Notes: generated by a model from the letters alone, not told the origin. DNA of 64,000 nucleotides from an uncultured Candidatus Rokubacteria bacterium (GCA_963762145.1 CAVXJS010000019.1:320001-384000); one strand, 5' to 3'. Positions 30,671 through 42,294 are shown, counted from the first letter of the stretch. Translations and numbers: made by a program.

Positions 30671-31168
30671 ATGGTGGGAGGCGAGCGAATCGATCCGACG
30701 GATCACCTCCGCCGCCCGTGGCGCGTCCACGCACTGGCCGCCGCCGAGCGGCTCGAAGTCCACGACGTCTGGGAAATCGCGATTCAGCTGCCCGCCGGCG
30801 TGCCGTTGGCCCGGTGGGTGGAGAGCCTGAGCCAGGAGCCTCGGCCGCTTGCGGCCCGGGCGCTGTTCGCGCTGCGGATTGCCATGGGGCGACTCCTCGG
30901 CCTTGATCGGGGCAGTGCCGGCTTCGTATCGGTCTATCAGGAGTCCGACGAGCAGCTCTCACGCATTACCAACCGGACCGTGACCGCGTTCCTGCACTTC
31001 TCGCTGGCGGATCGGCGCCCTCGGCTGACCGTGTACGTGCGTCCGCACGGGCCGCTCGGGCGCGGCTACCTGCACCTCATCGAGCCCTTCCGGCGCTGGA
31101 TTGTGTATCCCGCGCTTCTCGCGGCGGGAGCCCGGGCAGCGGCGCGGCTGGGTGGGGTGCGGCGGTAG
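30671..31168 (+). CDS. DUF2867-like hypothetical protein
   Basis: RPWRVH..LEVHDVW, ALFALR..GRLLGLD and G.LGRGYL.LI.PFRRWIVYP. Confidence 0.65.
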   Translation: MVGGERIDPTDHLRRPWRVHALAAAERLEVHDVWEIAIQLPAGVPLARWVESLSQEPRPLAARALFALRIAMGRLLGLDRGSAGFVSVYQESDEQLSRITNRTVTAFLHFSLADRRPRLTVYVRPHGPLGRGYLHLIEPFRRWIVYPALLAAGARAAARLGGVRR

Positions 31169-31172
31169 CGGC

Positions 31173-32927
31173 CTACAGGGTCGGCAGGGCGTCCAGCGAC
31201 TGCAAGGTCGCGAGGCGGCGGTAGATGCCGTCGCCGCGGGCCATCAGCTCCTCGTGGGTGCCCATCTCGGCGATGCCGCCGCCGTGGATCACCACGACGC
31301 GGTCCGCGTGCTTCACGGTGGCGAGCCGGTGCGCGATGACGAGCACGGTGCGGCCCCGCATCAGCTCGGACAGCGCCTGCTGCACGAGGAACTCGCTCTC
31401 CGCGTCCAGGTCCGAGGTGGCCTCGTCCAGGATCAGGATCGGCGGATCCTTCAGGAACGCGCGGGCGATCGCGAGGCGCTGGGCCTGCCCGCCGGAGAGC
31501 TTCACGCCGCGCTCGCCCACCGGGGTCGCGTAGCCCTCGGGCAGGGAGGCGATGAAGTCGTGGGCCTGGGCCAGGCGGGCCGCGTGTTCGATCTCGGCCT
31601 GCGTGGCGCCGGGCTTGCCGTAGGCGATGTTGTACCCGATCGAGTCGTGGAAGAGAAAGGTGTCCTGGGTCACGATGCCGATCAGCGAGCGCAGCGAGGC
31701 CACCGTGACCGTTCGCAGATCGTGCCCATCCAGCGTGATGCGCCCGGTGCTGACGTCGTGGAACCGCGGCAGCAATTCCATCAGGGTGGTCTTGCCTGCG
31801 CCCGACATGCCGACGAAGGCCACCAGCTCGCCCTTGTGCACCGTCAACGAGATATCCCGCAGGGCCCACTCCTCCGCCTCCGGATAGCGGAAGCCGGCCG
31901 CCTCGAAGACGATGGAGCCGGTGAAGCCGGGCAGGGGGGTCGCGCCGGGCGTGTCCACGATGGCCGGCGGGGTGTCGAGGATCTCGAACACCCGCTCCAC
32001 CGAGGCGATGGATTGCTGCACGGTGTTGACCATGCGGGAGATCTGGCGCACGGGTCCGTAGAGGAGGATGACCGCGGCGGTGAAGGAGAAGAACTCGCCC
32101 GGGGTGAGCGCGCCCGCGATCACCCGGTAGCCGCCGTACCAGAGCGCGCCCATGATGGCGAGGGCGCCCAGCACCTCCATCACCGGCTCCGCCATCTCGT
32201 CCACCCGGCGATCCTGCAGCGCGAGCGACAGCAGGCGATCGTTGACCTGATCGAACCGCTCCTGCTCGAGGCGCTCACGCCCGAAGGCCTTGACGATCTT
32301 GGTGCCGGTGAACGACTCCTGGAGCACCACGTTGAGCTCCGCGATCTTCTGCTGGGTCCGCTTGTTGATCCGGTACAGCTTCCGGCCGATCGCCCGGATG
32401 GTCACGCCCACCAGGGGGAAGACCGCGATCGCGATCAAGGTCAGCAGCCACTCGCGCAGGAACATGACGACGAGCAGCGCGATGATGGTGCCGACGTGGC
32501 GCACCGCCATCACCAGCACCGTGGAGGAGAGCCGGGCGAGACGGTTGACGTCCGTGACCACGCGGGTCATCAGCTCCGCCGAGTGCAGCGAGGCGAAGAA
32601 GGCGAGCGGCATGGACTGGATGTGGGCGTAGAGCTCCCCGCGGATGCGGGCGATGACGCGCTCGCCCACCGACGCCATGAGGTAGGACTGGCCGAAGCGC
32701 CCGAGCCCCTTGGCGAGGTAGGCGCCCAGCAGGGCGAGGGGGATCAGCTTCAGCATGGCCAGGTCGCGCTTGAGGAAGATGTCGTCCATCGCGGGCTTGA
32801 CCAGCCAGGCGATGAAGGCCTCCGCGCTCGAGACCAGCAGGGCGAGCAGGCCACCCGCCAGGAGGACCGGCCAGTACGGCCGCAGGTACGGCAGGAGCCG
32901 GCCGAGCAGCCGGTAGCGCGCCTTCAC
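31173..32927 (-). CDS. MsbA-like ABC exporter (TMD plus ATPase)
   Basis: Transmembrane domain; [17 protein letters not shown] and LILDEATS; GTG start overlaps the GT4 stop. Confidence 0.9.
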   Translation of the reverse strand: MKARYRLLGRLLPYLRPYWPVLLAGGLLALLVSSAEAFIAWLVKPAMDDIFLKRDLAMLKLIPLALLGAYLAKGLGRFGQSYLMASVGERVIARIRGELYAHIQSMPLAFFASLHSAELMTRVVTDVNRLARLSSTVLVMAVRHVGTIIALLVVMFLREWLLTLIAIAVFPLVGVTIRAIGRKLYRINKRTQQKIAELNVVLQESFTGTKIVKAFGRERLEQERFDQVNDRLLSLALQDRRVDEMAEPVMEVLGALAIMGALWYGGYRVIAGALTPGEFFSFTAAVILLYGPVRQISRMVNTVQQSIASVERVFEILDTPPAIVDTPGATPLPGFTGSIVFEAAGFRYPEAEEWALRDISLTVHKGELVAFVGMSGAGKTTLMELLPRFHDVSTGRITLDGHDLRTVTVASLRSLIGIVTQDTFLFHDSIGYNIAYGKPGATQAEIEHAARLAQAHDFIASLPEGYATPVGERGVKLSGGQAQRLAIARAFLKDPPILILDEATSDLDAESEFLVQQALSELMRGRTVLVIAHRLATVKHADRVVVIHGGGIAEMGTHEELMARGDGIYRRLATLQSLDALPTL

Positions 32928-34030
32928 CGGCGCGACCTCCCGGCCCACAGCCGCTCGTAGAGGGCCTCCGTCCGCTGGATCTTCTGGATCATGGAGAAAT
33001 GGGCCTCGACTCGCTTGCGGCCCGCCCGGGCCATGGTCTTCGCGCGCGTCGGATTCTCCAGCATGCGCAGGATCGCCTGGGCGAGCGCATCCGGATTGCG
33101 CGGCGGGACGAGCAGCCCCGTCTCGCCCTCGAGGATGAGCTCGGGGTGCCCCTCGAGGTTGGTGCCGATCACCGGCGTCTCCACCGCGAGGGCCTCGCGC
33201 AGCGAGCCGGTGAGGCCGAGCCCGGCGTAGGACGCGTCGACCACGAGGTCGCTCGCGGCCAGGATCTCGGGGATGTCCTCGCGATGCCCGAGGACGTGCA
33301 CGGACTCGCCGATGCCGCGTCGGAAGGCCCGGTCGCGCATGGAGACCACGCGGGCGGGCGGAGCGCCCACGAAGAGCAGCCGCGCGTGCGGCAGGGCGTG
33401 GCAGACGCGCGTCATCGACTCGAGCACGTCGTCGTTGCCGCGCCAGGAGCGGATGCCGACCTGGGTCACGAGCGTGTGCTCCGGCCCCAGGCCGAGCTCC
33501 TCGCGGATGCGCCGGCCGTCCACGCCGGGATGGAAGCGACCGAGGTCCGTCCCCGAGTAGATGACCTCGATCTTCTCCGCGGGCACCCGGGCGCCGACGA
33601 GCCCCCGCTTGATGGACTCGCACACCGCGACGATCGCGGTCACCCGCTTCGTGGTGTAGCCGAGGCGGTTCCAGCGGTCGAGCGGGAAGCTCACCCCGCG
33701 GTTCAGGACCAGCACCGGGATGCGCACGGTGAGGCCGGCCAGCATGGCGAGCGTCCGCGCGCGTCCCTTCTGGCAGTGGACGATCTGGATGTCGTGGTCG
33801 CGGATGATCTGGGCGATGGTCCACGCGGACGGGAGATCGATGCCGTTCCGCATCGGCACCGAGGCGTGCTCCACGTTGGCGGCCGCGCACGCGCGCGCCC
33901 AGTGCTCGTTCGGGCGGGTCGCCACCACCACGTGATGGCCACGCCCGGCCAGCCCGAGGGCCAAGTCGCGGAGCTGGATGGCCGCGCCGGTGAAGTAGTC
34001 CGACTTCGGGTAGATCTGGAGGATGTTCAC
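32924..34030 (-). CDS. Glycosyltransferase family 4
   Basis: GT-B fold: GHHVVV, LGHREDIPEILAASD, EALAVETPVI and GLLVPP. Confidence 0.9.
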   Translation of the reverse strand: MNILQIYPKSDYFTGAAIQLRDLALGLAGRGHHVVVATRPNEHWARACAAANVEHASVPMRNGIDLPSAWTIAQIIRDHDIQIVHCQKGRARTLAMLAGLTVRIPVLVLNRGVSFPLDRWNRLGYTTKRVTAIVAVCESIKRGLVGARVPAEKIEVIYSGTDLGRFHPGVDGRRIREELGLGPEHTLVTQVGIRSWRGNDDVLESMTRVCHALPHARLLFVGAPPARVVSMRDRAFRRGIGESVHVLGHREDIPEILAASDLVVDASYAGLGLTGSLREALAVETPVIGTNLEGHPELILEGETGLLVPPRNPDALAQAILRMLENPTRAKTMARAGRKRVEAHFSMIQKIQRTEALYERLWAGRSRR

Positions 34031-34066
34031 GCGCGGCTCACGCGGTTCCCGGTCGGCGCCGGCCGC

Positions 34067-35149
34067 TCAGCGGGCGTGGAAGAACTCCCGCACCGCCGCC
34101 ACCACCTCGTCGATCTCGGCCACCGTGTGGCCGGCCGACATCGGCAGCGTCAGGATCTCCTTCACGATCCGCTCGGTGTGGGGCAGGGCGGCCGCGCTGA
34201 GCTGCTCCAGGGCGGGCTGCTGGTGGCTCGCCACCGGATAGTGAATCGCGGTGGTGATGTCGCGCTCCTTGAGGAATCCCGCGAGCGCGTCCCGCTCGGG
34301 CGTCCGGACCACGTAGAGGTGATAGACGTGGTGAGCCCCCGGCGCTTCCACCGGCAGCGCGAGCGGCAGGCCCGCGAGCCCGCTCTGGTAGCGGGCGGCG
34401 AGGCGCCGCCGGTGGTCGTTCATCGCGTCGAGCCGGCGCAGCAGCACCCGGCCGACCGCAGCCTGGATGTCGTTGAAGCGCAGGTTGAAGCCGATCTCGG
34501 CGTGCACGTCCTTGCTCAGGCGTCCGTGGTCGCGCAGCCGCCGGCAGCGAGCGGCCACGTCGTCGTCGTCGGTGGCCACCAGGCCGCCGTCGCCCATGAC
34601 GGGGAGGTTCTTGGACGGGTAGAACGAGAACACCCCCGCGCGTCCGAACGTGCCGACCTTGCGCCCCCGCCATGCGGCCCCGTGTGCCTGCGCGCAGTCC
34701 TCGAGCAGCCAGAGGCTGCGCTCGGCGCAGAGCCGCCGCACGCCGTCGAGATCCGCGGGATGGCCGTAGAGGTGTACCGGCACGAAGCCCACCGTGCGCG
34801 CCGACACCTTGGCCGCCGCGTCCTCGACATTCACGGTGTAGGCGTCGTCCACGTCCACGAACACCGGCACCGCGCCCGCGAAGCAGATCGCCTCGATGGT
34901 GGGGAAGGCGGTGTGCGAGGGGACCAGCACCTCGTCGTCGGCCTTGACCCCCAGCGCCTTGAGCGCCATCCAGAGCGCGGCGGTCCCGCTGCTCGTGAGG
35001 ATCGCGTGCCGGCTTCCGAGGTACCGGGCGAACTCCTCCTCGAAGGCCTTGGACTCGGGCCCGAGGATGTAGCGCCGCGAATCGATCACGGCCAGGACGG
35101 CGGCCTTGATCTCGTCGTCCACCGGCGGCCGGGACAGCGGGACGGGCAT
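34067..35149 (-). CDS. DegT/DnrJ/EryC1/StrS aminotransferase
   Basis: VHLYGHP, EDCAQAHG, SFYPSKNL and GFNLR. Confidence 0.92.
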   Translation of the reverse strand: MPVPLSRPPVDDEIKAAVLAVIDSRRYILGPESKAFEEEFARYLGSRHAILTSSGTAALWMALKALGVKADDEVLVPSHTAFPTIEAICFAGAVPVFVDVDDAYTVNVEDAAAKVSARTVGFVPVHLYGHPADLDGVRRLCAERSLWLLEDCAQAHGAAWRGRKVGTFGRAGVFSFYPSKNLPVMGDGGLVATDDDDVAARCRRLRDHGRLSKDVHAEIGFNLRFNDIQAAVGRVLLRRLDAMNDHRRRLAARYQSGLAGLPLALPVEAPGAHHVYHLYVVRTPERDALAGFLKERDITTAIHYPVASHQQPALEQLSAAALPHTERIVKEILTLPMSAGHTVAEIDEVVAAVREFFHAR

Positions 35150-35167
35150 CGGAGCGATCCTCCCTGC

Positions 35168-35662
35168 TTAAGTATGCAGCCGCGAGTACTTTCCGCGGAA
35201 ATAGAGGAGGGGCTCCTTGCCCGAGTCGTCGCTCCACTCCCCGGACTCGACCTGGGCCACGAAGATCATGTGGTCGCCGCCCGGGTAGGCGTGCACCACC
35301 ACGCACTCGAGGCGGGCCAGGGCGTCCGGCAGCACGGGCAGGCCGAGCGGCCCGGGACGGTACTCGAGGCCTGCGAATTTCTCCTCGCCGGGCGCGGTGG
35401 TGGACGTGGCAAAGCGCCGGGACGCGCCTTCCTGTCCCTGGCACAGGACATTGACCGCGAAGCGCCCGGCCGCCCTGATCGCGGGGTAGCTCTGGGCCTT
35501 CTGCGAGACGCAGACCAGGATGAGGGGCGGGTGCAGCGACACGGACGTGAAGGAGCTGGCGGTGAGGCCGGTCGGGCGATTCTCCGCGTCCCACGCGGTG
35601 ATGATGGTGACGCCGGTGGCGAAATGACTCATCACACGGCGGAAGTCGTCGGGCCCGAGCAC
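35168..35662 (-). CDS. Flavin reductase-like protein
   Basis: FRRVMSHFATGVT, SFTSVSLHPP, GGDH and PLLYFRGKY. Confidence 0.9.
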   Translation of the reverse strand: MLGPDDFRRVMSHFATGVTIITAWDAENRPTGLTASSFTSVSLHPPLILVCVSQKAQSYPAIRAAGRFAVNVLCQGQEGASRRFATSTTAPGEEKFAGLEYRPGPLGLPVLPDALARLECVVVHAYPGGDHMIFVAQVESGEWSDDSGKEPLLYFRGKYSRLHT

Positions 35663-35741
35663 CTGAACGTTGTAGCAGTTCCGACCCGATTTTTCAAGTT
35701 CTCCAAGGGCTTGGCACGCACCCGGTGTATACTGCGATGAC

Positions 35742-36854
35742 ATGACGACAGTCACCGAGAACACCGTGCTGGCCGCTCTCCGCGCCGTGCGTGATCCGGA
35801 CCAGGGCCAGGACATCGTGAGCCTCGGGCTGGTCAAGGAGCTCCACGTGCACGACGCGGAGGTCTCCTTCACCCTGGCCTTCGCCGGGCAGTCGCCCGCC
35901 ACGAAGGCCGCGCTCCATAGCAGCGCCTCGAAGGCCATCTCGCAGCTTCCGGGCGTGAGCCGCGTCAGCGTGAAGATGGGCTCCGCGGCGGCCGCCGGCC
36001 GGGCGCCGGCCGCGGCCCAGGGCCATGCCCACGGCCAGCCCAGCGCGCCCGCCGCGGCGGAGCTTCATCCCCGAGGTCAAGCACACGGTCGCGGTGTCCT
36101 CGGGCAAGGGCGGGGTCGGCAAGTCCACGGTGGCGGTGAACCTGGCGCTGGCGCTCAAGCAATCGGGCGCGGAAGTCGGGCCTGGTGGACGTCGACGTCT
36201 ACGGCCCCGACGTGCCGCTGATGATGGGCGCGCAAGGGCAAGCCGGGCATGTTCGAGAACAAGATCATTCCGGTCGAGGCGCACGGCATCAAGATCATGT
36301 CCATCGGGCTCCTGGTGGCGGAGCGCGAGGCCCTGGTGTGGCGCGGCCCGATGATCCACTCGGCGGTGCAGCAGTTCCTGCGCGACGTCAACTGGGGCCC
36401 GCTCGACTATCTGGTCTTCGACATGCCCCCGGGCACCGGCGACGCGCAGCTCTCGCTCTCGCAGGTCGTGCCGCTCTCCGGCGTGGTCATGGTGACGACG
36501 CCCCAGGACGTGGCGCTGCTCGACGTGCGCAAGGCGCTCGGCATGTTCCGGAAGCTCAACGTGCCGATCCTGGGCATCGTCGAGAACATGAGCTACTTCA
36601 TCGCGCCCGACACCGGCCGTCGCTACGGCATCTTCGGCGAGGGCGGCGGCCAGCGCGTGGCCGAGGAGTTCGGCGTGCCGCTCCTCGGGCAGATCCCGCT
36701 GGAGATGGAGACGCGCGAGGGCGGCGACGCCGGCGTGCCCATCACGGTCGGCCGGCGCGACTCGGCCCAGGCGCAGGCCTTCCGGAAGATCGCCGCCGCC
36801 GTCGTCGCGCGGGTGGACGCGGTGGCCGCGCTCAAGCTTCCCAGCATCGGGTAG
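35742..36854 (+). CDS. mrp: Mrp/NBP35 Fe-S cluster carrier ATPase (frameshifts about 36060-36245)
   Basis: N-terminal DPD..DIVSLG; [30 protein letters not shown] and VENMS. Confidence 0.9.
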
Positions 36855-36860
36855 CGTCGG

Positions 36861-37501
36861 TTGGCGGCCCAGATCTCGCTGCCGATCTTCCCGCTGCCCG
36901 ACCTCACGTTCTTCCCGCACACCTTGCTGCCGCTGCACATCTTCGAGGCCCGCTACCGGGCCATGATCACGGACTGCCTGTCGCGCGACAAGCGCCTGGC
37001 CGTGGTCGGGCTCAAGCCGGGCTACGAGGCCAGCTACGAGGGCAAGCCCCCCGTCTACGCGGTCTGCGGGGTGGGGCGCATCGTGCAGTGGGAGCGCCTG
37101 GCCTCGGGACGCTTCAACCTGCTCCTGCGGGGCGAAGGCCGGGTGCGCATCGATCGCGAGCTGCCCACCGACACGCTCTACCGGATGGTGGCCGCCACAC
37201 CGCTCGCCGAGACGGCGGCCGACGCCCGCGGCGCTCGCGGCCCTGGCCGGACGGGTCAAGGCGCGCTGCCGGCAGATCCTCACCGCCCTCGGGCGCTCGA
37301 ACGAGGAGCTCCTCGGCATGATGGACGGTCTCGACCAGCCGGCCGAGCTCTGCGACCAGGTCGCCGCGGCCCTGGTGCCTCTGGCCTCGGCCCGCCAGGC
37401 GCTCCTGGAGGAGCTCGACGTGGAGCGGCGGCTCGAGCGCCTCGCGGGGGCGCTGGACGCCCTCCTGAGCCAGCTCACCGGGGAAGGGGGCCGCGCCGTG
37501 A
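36861..37501 (+). CDS. LON peptidase N-terminal (substrate-binding) domain protein (frameshifted)
   Basis: LPIFPL..FFP..LPLHIFEARY, GRFNLLLRG and RQALLEE..RL. Confidence 0.78.
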
Positions 37502-38187
37502 GGCGCGCGATGACCGCGCTGCTCCTGGCCGCGAGCCTGCTCGCCCCCGCGGCGGAGGCGACGACGCGCTGGGGATGGCTCGGCGTGCGCATCCGCGACC
37601 TGTCCGAGCAGGAGATGGAGGAGATCTCGCAGAAGTTCGGCCTGCGCGAGGGCTTCGGCGCGGTGATCGTCGAGGTGATCAAGGAGACGCCGGCGGCCGC
37701 CGCCGGCCTGCGCACCGGGGACCTGGTCGTGGCCTTCAGCGACCGCCCGGTGGTGGATACCCGGGGCCTGCAGCGCGCCATCGCGTCCACCACCGTCGGC
37801 GAGAGCGTGAAGCTCACCGTGCTGCGCCGCGAGGAGGGCCGCCGGCCGGTGCAGGTGAAGGTCGGCGCGATGCCCGACGCGGTGGCGGCGGAGCGCGTCG
37901 CCGCCGAGTACGGCTTCTTCGTTCGCGACCCGGAGGGCCAGCCCGAGCTGGGGGGCGTCCGCCCTCCCGCGGCGCCGTCGGTCGCCGCGGTCCTGCCGCG
38001 GAGCCGCGCGGAGCGGGCCGGGCTGCGGGTCGGCGACGTCCTCACCGAGGTCAACGGCCGGCCGGTCGTCACGCTCGACGCGGTCCGGGAGGCCCTGCTG
38101 GCGGCCGGCCCGGATGGCCCGCTCCCATTGATCGTGCGGCGGGACCGGGAGCGGGTGATGGTCACGCTCGAGCCCGTGGACCGCTGA
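37498..38187 (+). CDS. Secreted tandem PDZ-domain protein
   Basis: Signal peptide ending AEA; GWLGV..PAAAAGLRTGD and RAERAGLRVGDVL. Confidence 0.8.
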   Translation: MRRAMTALLLAASLLAPAAEATTRWGWLGVRIRDLSEQEMEEISQKFGLREGFGAVIVEVIKETPAAAAGLRTGDLVVAFSDRPVVDTRGLQRAIASTTVGESVKLTVLRREEGRRPVQVKVGAMPDAVAAERVAAEYGFFVRDPEGQPELGGVRPPAAPSVAAVLPRSRAERAGLRVGDVLTEVNGRPVVTLDAVREALLAAGPDGPLPLIVRRDRERVMVTLEPVDR

Positions 38188-38311
38188 ATCCCCGCGGGAA
38201 CCCCGGCGTCGAGGCCGGGGTTGCTTGAGGAAAGTTGTTAGCCCCCGGGGGCATGGCCGGGGTAAGATTTCCCCAATTCCACCACCAATTCCTCGTCAAA
38301 GGAGACGACCG

Positions 38312-39449
38312 ATGAGCAACCAGCAGACAGCAGTCGAGGCCCCACGCCGGCGCTTTCTGAAGGGCGCCGCGGCGGCGGGTGTGGCGACGCTCGGCTTCCC
38401 CATGGTCGCCAAGGCCCAAGGGCCCATCTCCATGCGCTGGCAGTCGCACCTGGCCGGCCAAGGACATCTTCCACGAGTACGCCACGGACTTCGCGAAGAA
38501 GGTCAACGACATGACCGGCGGCGACCTCAAGATCGAGGTGCTGCCCGCCGGCGCGGTCGTTCCGGCGTTCGGCCTGCTCGACGCGGTGTCGAAGGGCACG
38601 CTCGACGGCGGCCACGGCGTGCTCGTGTATCACTACGGCAAGCAGACCGCGCTGGCGCTCTGGGGCTCCGGCCCGGCCTTCGGGATGGACGCCAACATGC
38701 TGCTGTCCTGGCACAAGTACGGCGGGGGCAAGCAGCTCCTCGACAAGCTCTACAAGTCGGTCAACGCCAACGTGGTCTCGTTCCCCTACGGACCGATGCC
38801 CACCCAGCCGCTCGGGTGGTTCAAGAAGCCGGTGACCAAGCCGGACGACTTCAAGGGGCTCAAGTTCCGCACGGTCGGCATCTCCATCGACGTGTTCACG
38901 GGCCTGGGCGCCGCGGTGAACGCACTGCCCGGCGGCGAGATCGTGCCGGCCATGGATCGCGGCCTCCTCGACGCGGCCGAGTTCAACAACGCGACGTCGG
39001 ACCGGATCCTGGGCTTCGCGGACGTCTCGAAGGTCTGCATGCTGCAGAGCTACCACCAGAACGCCGAGCAGTTCGAGATCAGCTTCAACAAGACCAAGTA
39101 CGACGGCCTCCCCGACAAGATGAAGGCGATCATCGAGGACGCGGTCGAGGCCGCCTCCGCCGACATGTCGTGGAAGGCGGTGGATCGCTACTCCAAGGAC
39201 TACGTCGAGCTGCAGACCAAGGACAAGGTCCGGTTCTACAAGACGCCGGACGCGCTGCTGCAGAGGCAGCTCGACGCCTATGACGCCGCCGCCGACAAGA
39301 AGGCGGCCGACAACCCGCTCTTCAAGGAGATCGTGGAGTCGCAGCGCGTCTTCGCGGCGCGGGCGGTGAAGTGGGATCTCGACACCAACGTGAACCGCCG
39401 GATGGCCTACAACCACTACTTCAACAAGCCGGCCGCGAAGAAGAGCTAG
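38312..39449 (+). CDS. TRAP transporter substrate-binding protein, DctP/TakP-like with Tat signal (frameshift near 38450)
   Basis: RRRFLK; W..Q..WP; GWFKKP..DFKGLKFR; GGEIVPAM.RG.LDAAEF. Confidence 0.9.
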
Positions 39450-39466
39450 TCCGGCCGTGACCAGCG

Positions 39467-39507
39467 AGCAGGCCGGCAACCGGCTCCCGCCGGGTGGCCG
39501 GCCTGCT
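39467..39507 (+). other. Intercistronic stem-loop after the TRAP binding-protein gene
   Basis: AGCAGGCCGGC ... GCCGGCCTGCT, 11-bp stem. Confidence 0.55.
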
Positions 39508-39529
39508 TGGTGTCCGGGCCCCTGACTCC

Positions 39530-40234
39530 ATGAGCACCCTGCGCTTCATCCACGCCGTCGACCAGGTGAGCTACTGGTCGGGCAAGACCTTCGCCTGGCT
39601 GATCGTCGCCCTCACCTTCGTGGTGTCGATCGAGGTCTTCAAGCGCTACATCCTGAACGCCCCCACCGCATGGATCTTCGACTTCAACAACATGCTGTAC
39701 GGCACCCTGTTCATGATGTGCGGGGCCTACACCCTGGCCCAGGCCGGTCACGTGCGCGCCGACTTCATCTACATCTACATGAGGCCGCGCGGGCAGGCCA
39801 CCCTCGACCTGACGCTCTACCTGCTGTTCTTCATGCCGTGCATGCTCGGCCTCATCTACGCGGGGGGCGGCTTCGCGCTGGACTCGTGGCGTATCGGCGA
39901 GCACTCGACGGTCACCGCGGAGGGGCCGCCGGTCTACCACTTCAAGACGGTGATCCCGATCGCGGGCGTGCTGGTCATGCTGCAGGGGCTGGCCGAGATC
40001 GTCCGCTGCGTGGTCTGCCTCCGCACCGGGGAGTGGCCCGCGCGCCTCGCCGACGTCGAGGAGATCGACGTCATCGACACCCAGCTCGGCCACAGCCAGT
40101 ACGTGGACGAGGAGTCGAGGCGGGCCGCCATGGAGGGCGCGAAGGCGATCGAGGAGGCCGCGCGCCACCGGAGCGTGATGGAGGAGGGCGTCGTGCACGA
40201 GCGGGCGGTGCGCGAGGACGACAAGCGACCGTGA
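39530..40234 (+). CDS. TRAP small permease (DctQ)
   Basis: EVFKRY.LNAPT.W, GAYTL..GHVRAD; four TM helices. Confidence 0.88.
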   Translation: MSTLRFIHAVDQVSYWSGKTFAWLIVALTFVVSIEVFKRYILNAPTAWIFDFNNMLYGTLFMMCGAYTLAQAGHVRADFIYIYMRPRGQATLDLTLYLLFFMPCMLGLIYAGGGFALDSWRIGEHSTVTAEGPPVYHFKTVIPIAGVLVMLQGLAEIVRCVVCLRTGEWPARLADVEEIDVIDTQLGHSQYVDEESRRAAMEGAKAIEEAARHRSVMEEGVVHERAVREDDKRP

Positions 40235-42288
40235 GCGATCCGTCCTTCGGCCTCATCATGCTGGGCCTGATCGTGGTCGCGATCATGATGGGCTACCCGA
40301 CCGCGTTCACGTTGATGGGCCTCGGCATGGTCTTCGGCTTCCTCGCCTTCTGGATCCCGGACGCCCACTGGTACGACAACCGCGTCTTCGACCTGATCGC
40401 GCAGCGGACCTACGGCGTGATGACGAACGACACGCTGCTCTCGGTCCCCCTGTTCGTCTTCATGGGTTACGTGATGGAGCGCGCGGCGCTCGTGGACCGC
40501 ATGTTCCACAGCGTGCAGCTCGCGTTCCGCCGGGTGCCCGCCTCCCTGGCGGTGACCACGCTGCTGGTGTGCGCGTTCTGGGGCATCGCGTCCGGCATCG
40601 TGGGCGCGGTGGTGGTCCTGATGGGCGTCATCGCGCTGCGGCCGATGCTGAAGGCGGGCTACGATATCCGGCTGGCTTCGGGCGCCATCACCGCGGGCGG
40701 GACACTGGGCATCCTGATCCCGCCGTCGGTCATGCTGATCGTCTACGCGGCGGTGGCGGGTCAGTCCATCGTCAAGCTGTACGCGGCTGCGATGCTGCCG
40801 GGCTTCTTCCTGACGTTCCTCTACCTCGTCTACATCCTGGGATGGGCGATCATCAATCCGAAGATCGCGCCCAAGCTCGGGCCAGACGAGTACCGGGTCG
40901 CGGTGCCCGAGGCGCTCCAGCGTCTCGAGCGCGGACCGCAGCGCCGGATCGTGCCGGGGCTGCTGGCCGCGCTGGTGCGCCCGAGCCTGACCCGCGCGAC
41001 CGGCTACCGGACGGTGCTGGCGAACCTGGCCGCGATCGCGGTGCCGGTAGTGCTGACCGCGGGGACCCTGGGCGTCACGTGGTGGTACGTGGTGGTCTAC
41101 AACGCCCCCGAGGTGGTGGCGGCGGCTCCCGCGGCCCCGCTCGCCGCGGCGGCACCGCTGGCCCAGCCCGCCGCGCCGGCGGCTCCCGCGGCCAAGGAAG
41201 AGAAGCCGCAGGAGCTGGGCGCGGCGGTCCCGGGCGAGAAGGAAGAGCAGCCCCAGGAGCTCGGCTCGGGCTCCGAACCGGAGTCGACGGAGCGGGGACC
41301 CGACGGCAAGCTCGAGGAGATGTCCTCGGCCCGCGAGGTGCCCACCGGGCCGGCGGCGAGCAAGGTCCCCGCGAACTTCATCGCCTGGTTCGTGGGCGTC
41401 GCCGCCCTCCTGGCCTTGATCCTCCTGTTCTACTTCTGGCGCATGGATGGCGAGCAGCTCGAGATCCTGAAGGAGCTCATCGCCTCGGTGGTGCCGCTCG
41501 GCGTGCTCACCGCGGTGGTGCTCGCAGTGATCCTGTTCGGCATCTGCACCGCCACCGAGTCGGCCGCGATCGGCGCGCTGGGCGCGCTCTACCTCGCGGT
41601 GATGGCCAAGTTTCGCAAGGAAGTCCTGTGGTGGAGCCTCGCGGGCGCGATCGCGGGCTTCACGCTCGGGTGGTACGAGAACGAGCCGTGGATGTCCATG
41701 CTGGTGGCGGCGTCCATCGGGGGCACCTTCCTGGGGACGGTCGCGCCCGGGTTGCTGCACCTGCGCGACTCGGAGCTGCGCGAGAACCTCAAGCAGTCCA
41801 CCTTCCTGACCGCCAAGACCACCGCGATGGTCTGCTGGCTCTTCGTCGGCTCCGCGCTCTTCTCGGCCGTGTTCGCGCTGCACGGCGGGCAGTCCCTGAT
41901 CGAGAACTGGGTGCTCAGCATGAACCTCTCGCCGCTCGGGTTCCTGTTCGTCGCCCAGGTCCTGATCTTCCTGCTCGGCTGGCCGCTCGAGTGGACCGAG
42001 ATCATCGTGATCTTCTGCCCGATCTTCATCCCCCTGCTGAGCCACTTCGACATCGACCCGATCCTGTTCGGGACCATGGTGGCGGTGAACCTGCAGGCCG
42101 CGTTCCTGTCCCCGCCCGTGGCCATGTCCGCGTTCTACCTCAAGGGCGTGGCCCCCAAGCACGTGACGCTCAACCAGATCTTCGCGGGGATGATGCCGTA
42201 CATGCTGATCGTGCTCGTGTGCCTGGCGTTCATGTACATCTGGCCGGGCATGACGCTCTGGCTGCCGAACTTCCTGTACGGCAACTAG
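40231..42288 (+). CDS. TRAP large permease (DctM) with an internal insertion
   Basis: PLFVFMG, GGTLGILIPPS, GICTATE, LGWPLEW and FLSPP. Confidence 0.9.
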   Translation: MSDPSFGLIMLGLIVVAIMMGYPTAFTLMGLGMVFGFLAFWIPDAHWYDNRVFDLIAQRTYGVMTNDTLLSVPLFVFMGYVMERAALVDRMFHSVQLAFRRVPASLAVTTLLVCAFWGIASGIVGAVVVLMGVIALRPMLKAGYDIRLASGAITAGGTLGILIPPSVMLIVYAAVAGQSIVKLYAAAMLPGFFLTFLYLVYILGWAIINPKIAPKLGPDEYRVAVPEALQRLERGPQRRIVPGLLAALVRPSLTRATGYRTVLANLAAIAVPVVLTAGTLGVTWWYVVVYNAPEVVAAAPAAPLAAAAPLAQPAAPAAPAAKEEKPQELGAAVPGEKEEQPQELGSGSEPESTERGPDGKLEEMSSAREVPTGPAASKVPANFIAWFVGVAALLALILLFYFWRMDGEQLEILKELIASVVPLGVLTAVVLAVILFGICTATESAAIGALGALYLAVMAKFRKEVLWWSLAGAIAGFTLGWYENEPWMSMLVAASIGGTFLGTVAPGLLHLRDSELRENLKQSTFLTAKTTAMVCWLFVGSALFSAVFALHGGQSLIENWVLSMNLSPLGFLFVAQVLIFLLGWPLEWTEIIVIFCPIFIPLLSHFDIDPILFGTMVAVNLQAAFLSPPVAMSAFYLKGVAPKHVTLNQIFAGMMPYMLIVLVCLAFMYIWPGMTLWLPNFLYGN

Positions 42289-42294
42289 CGACCC

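Noticed and set aside
31161-31170. GGCGGTAGCG resembling the ops/JUMPstart element
   Set aside because: Lies at the 3' end of a gene rather than in an operon leader; expected by chance in GC-rich DNA
26993-35149. Antibiotic (desosamine-type) biosynthetic cluster
   Set aside because: No PKS, NRPS or radical-SAM DesII partner; the context fits surface-glycan synthesis
37318-38187. Apparent LON-N/PDZ fusion ORF
   Set aside because: A signal peptide starts mid-ORF at a GTGA overlap (37498); a 1-bp indel in the preceding G-run explains the missing stop
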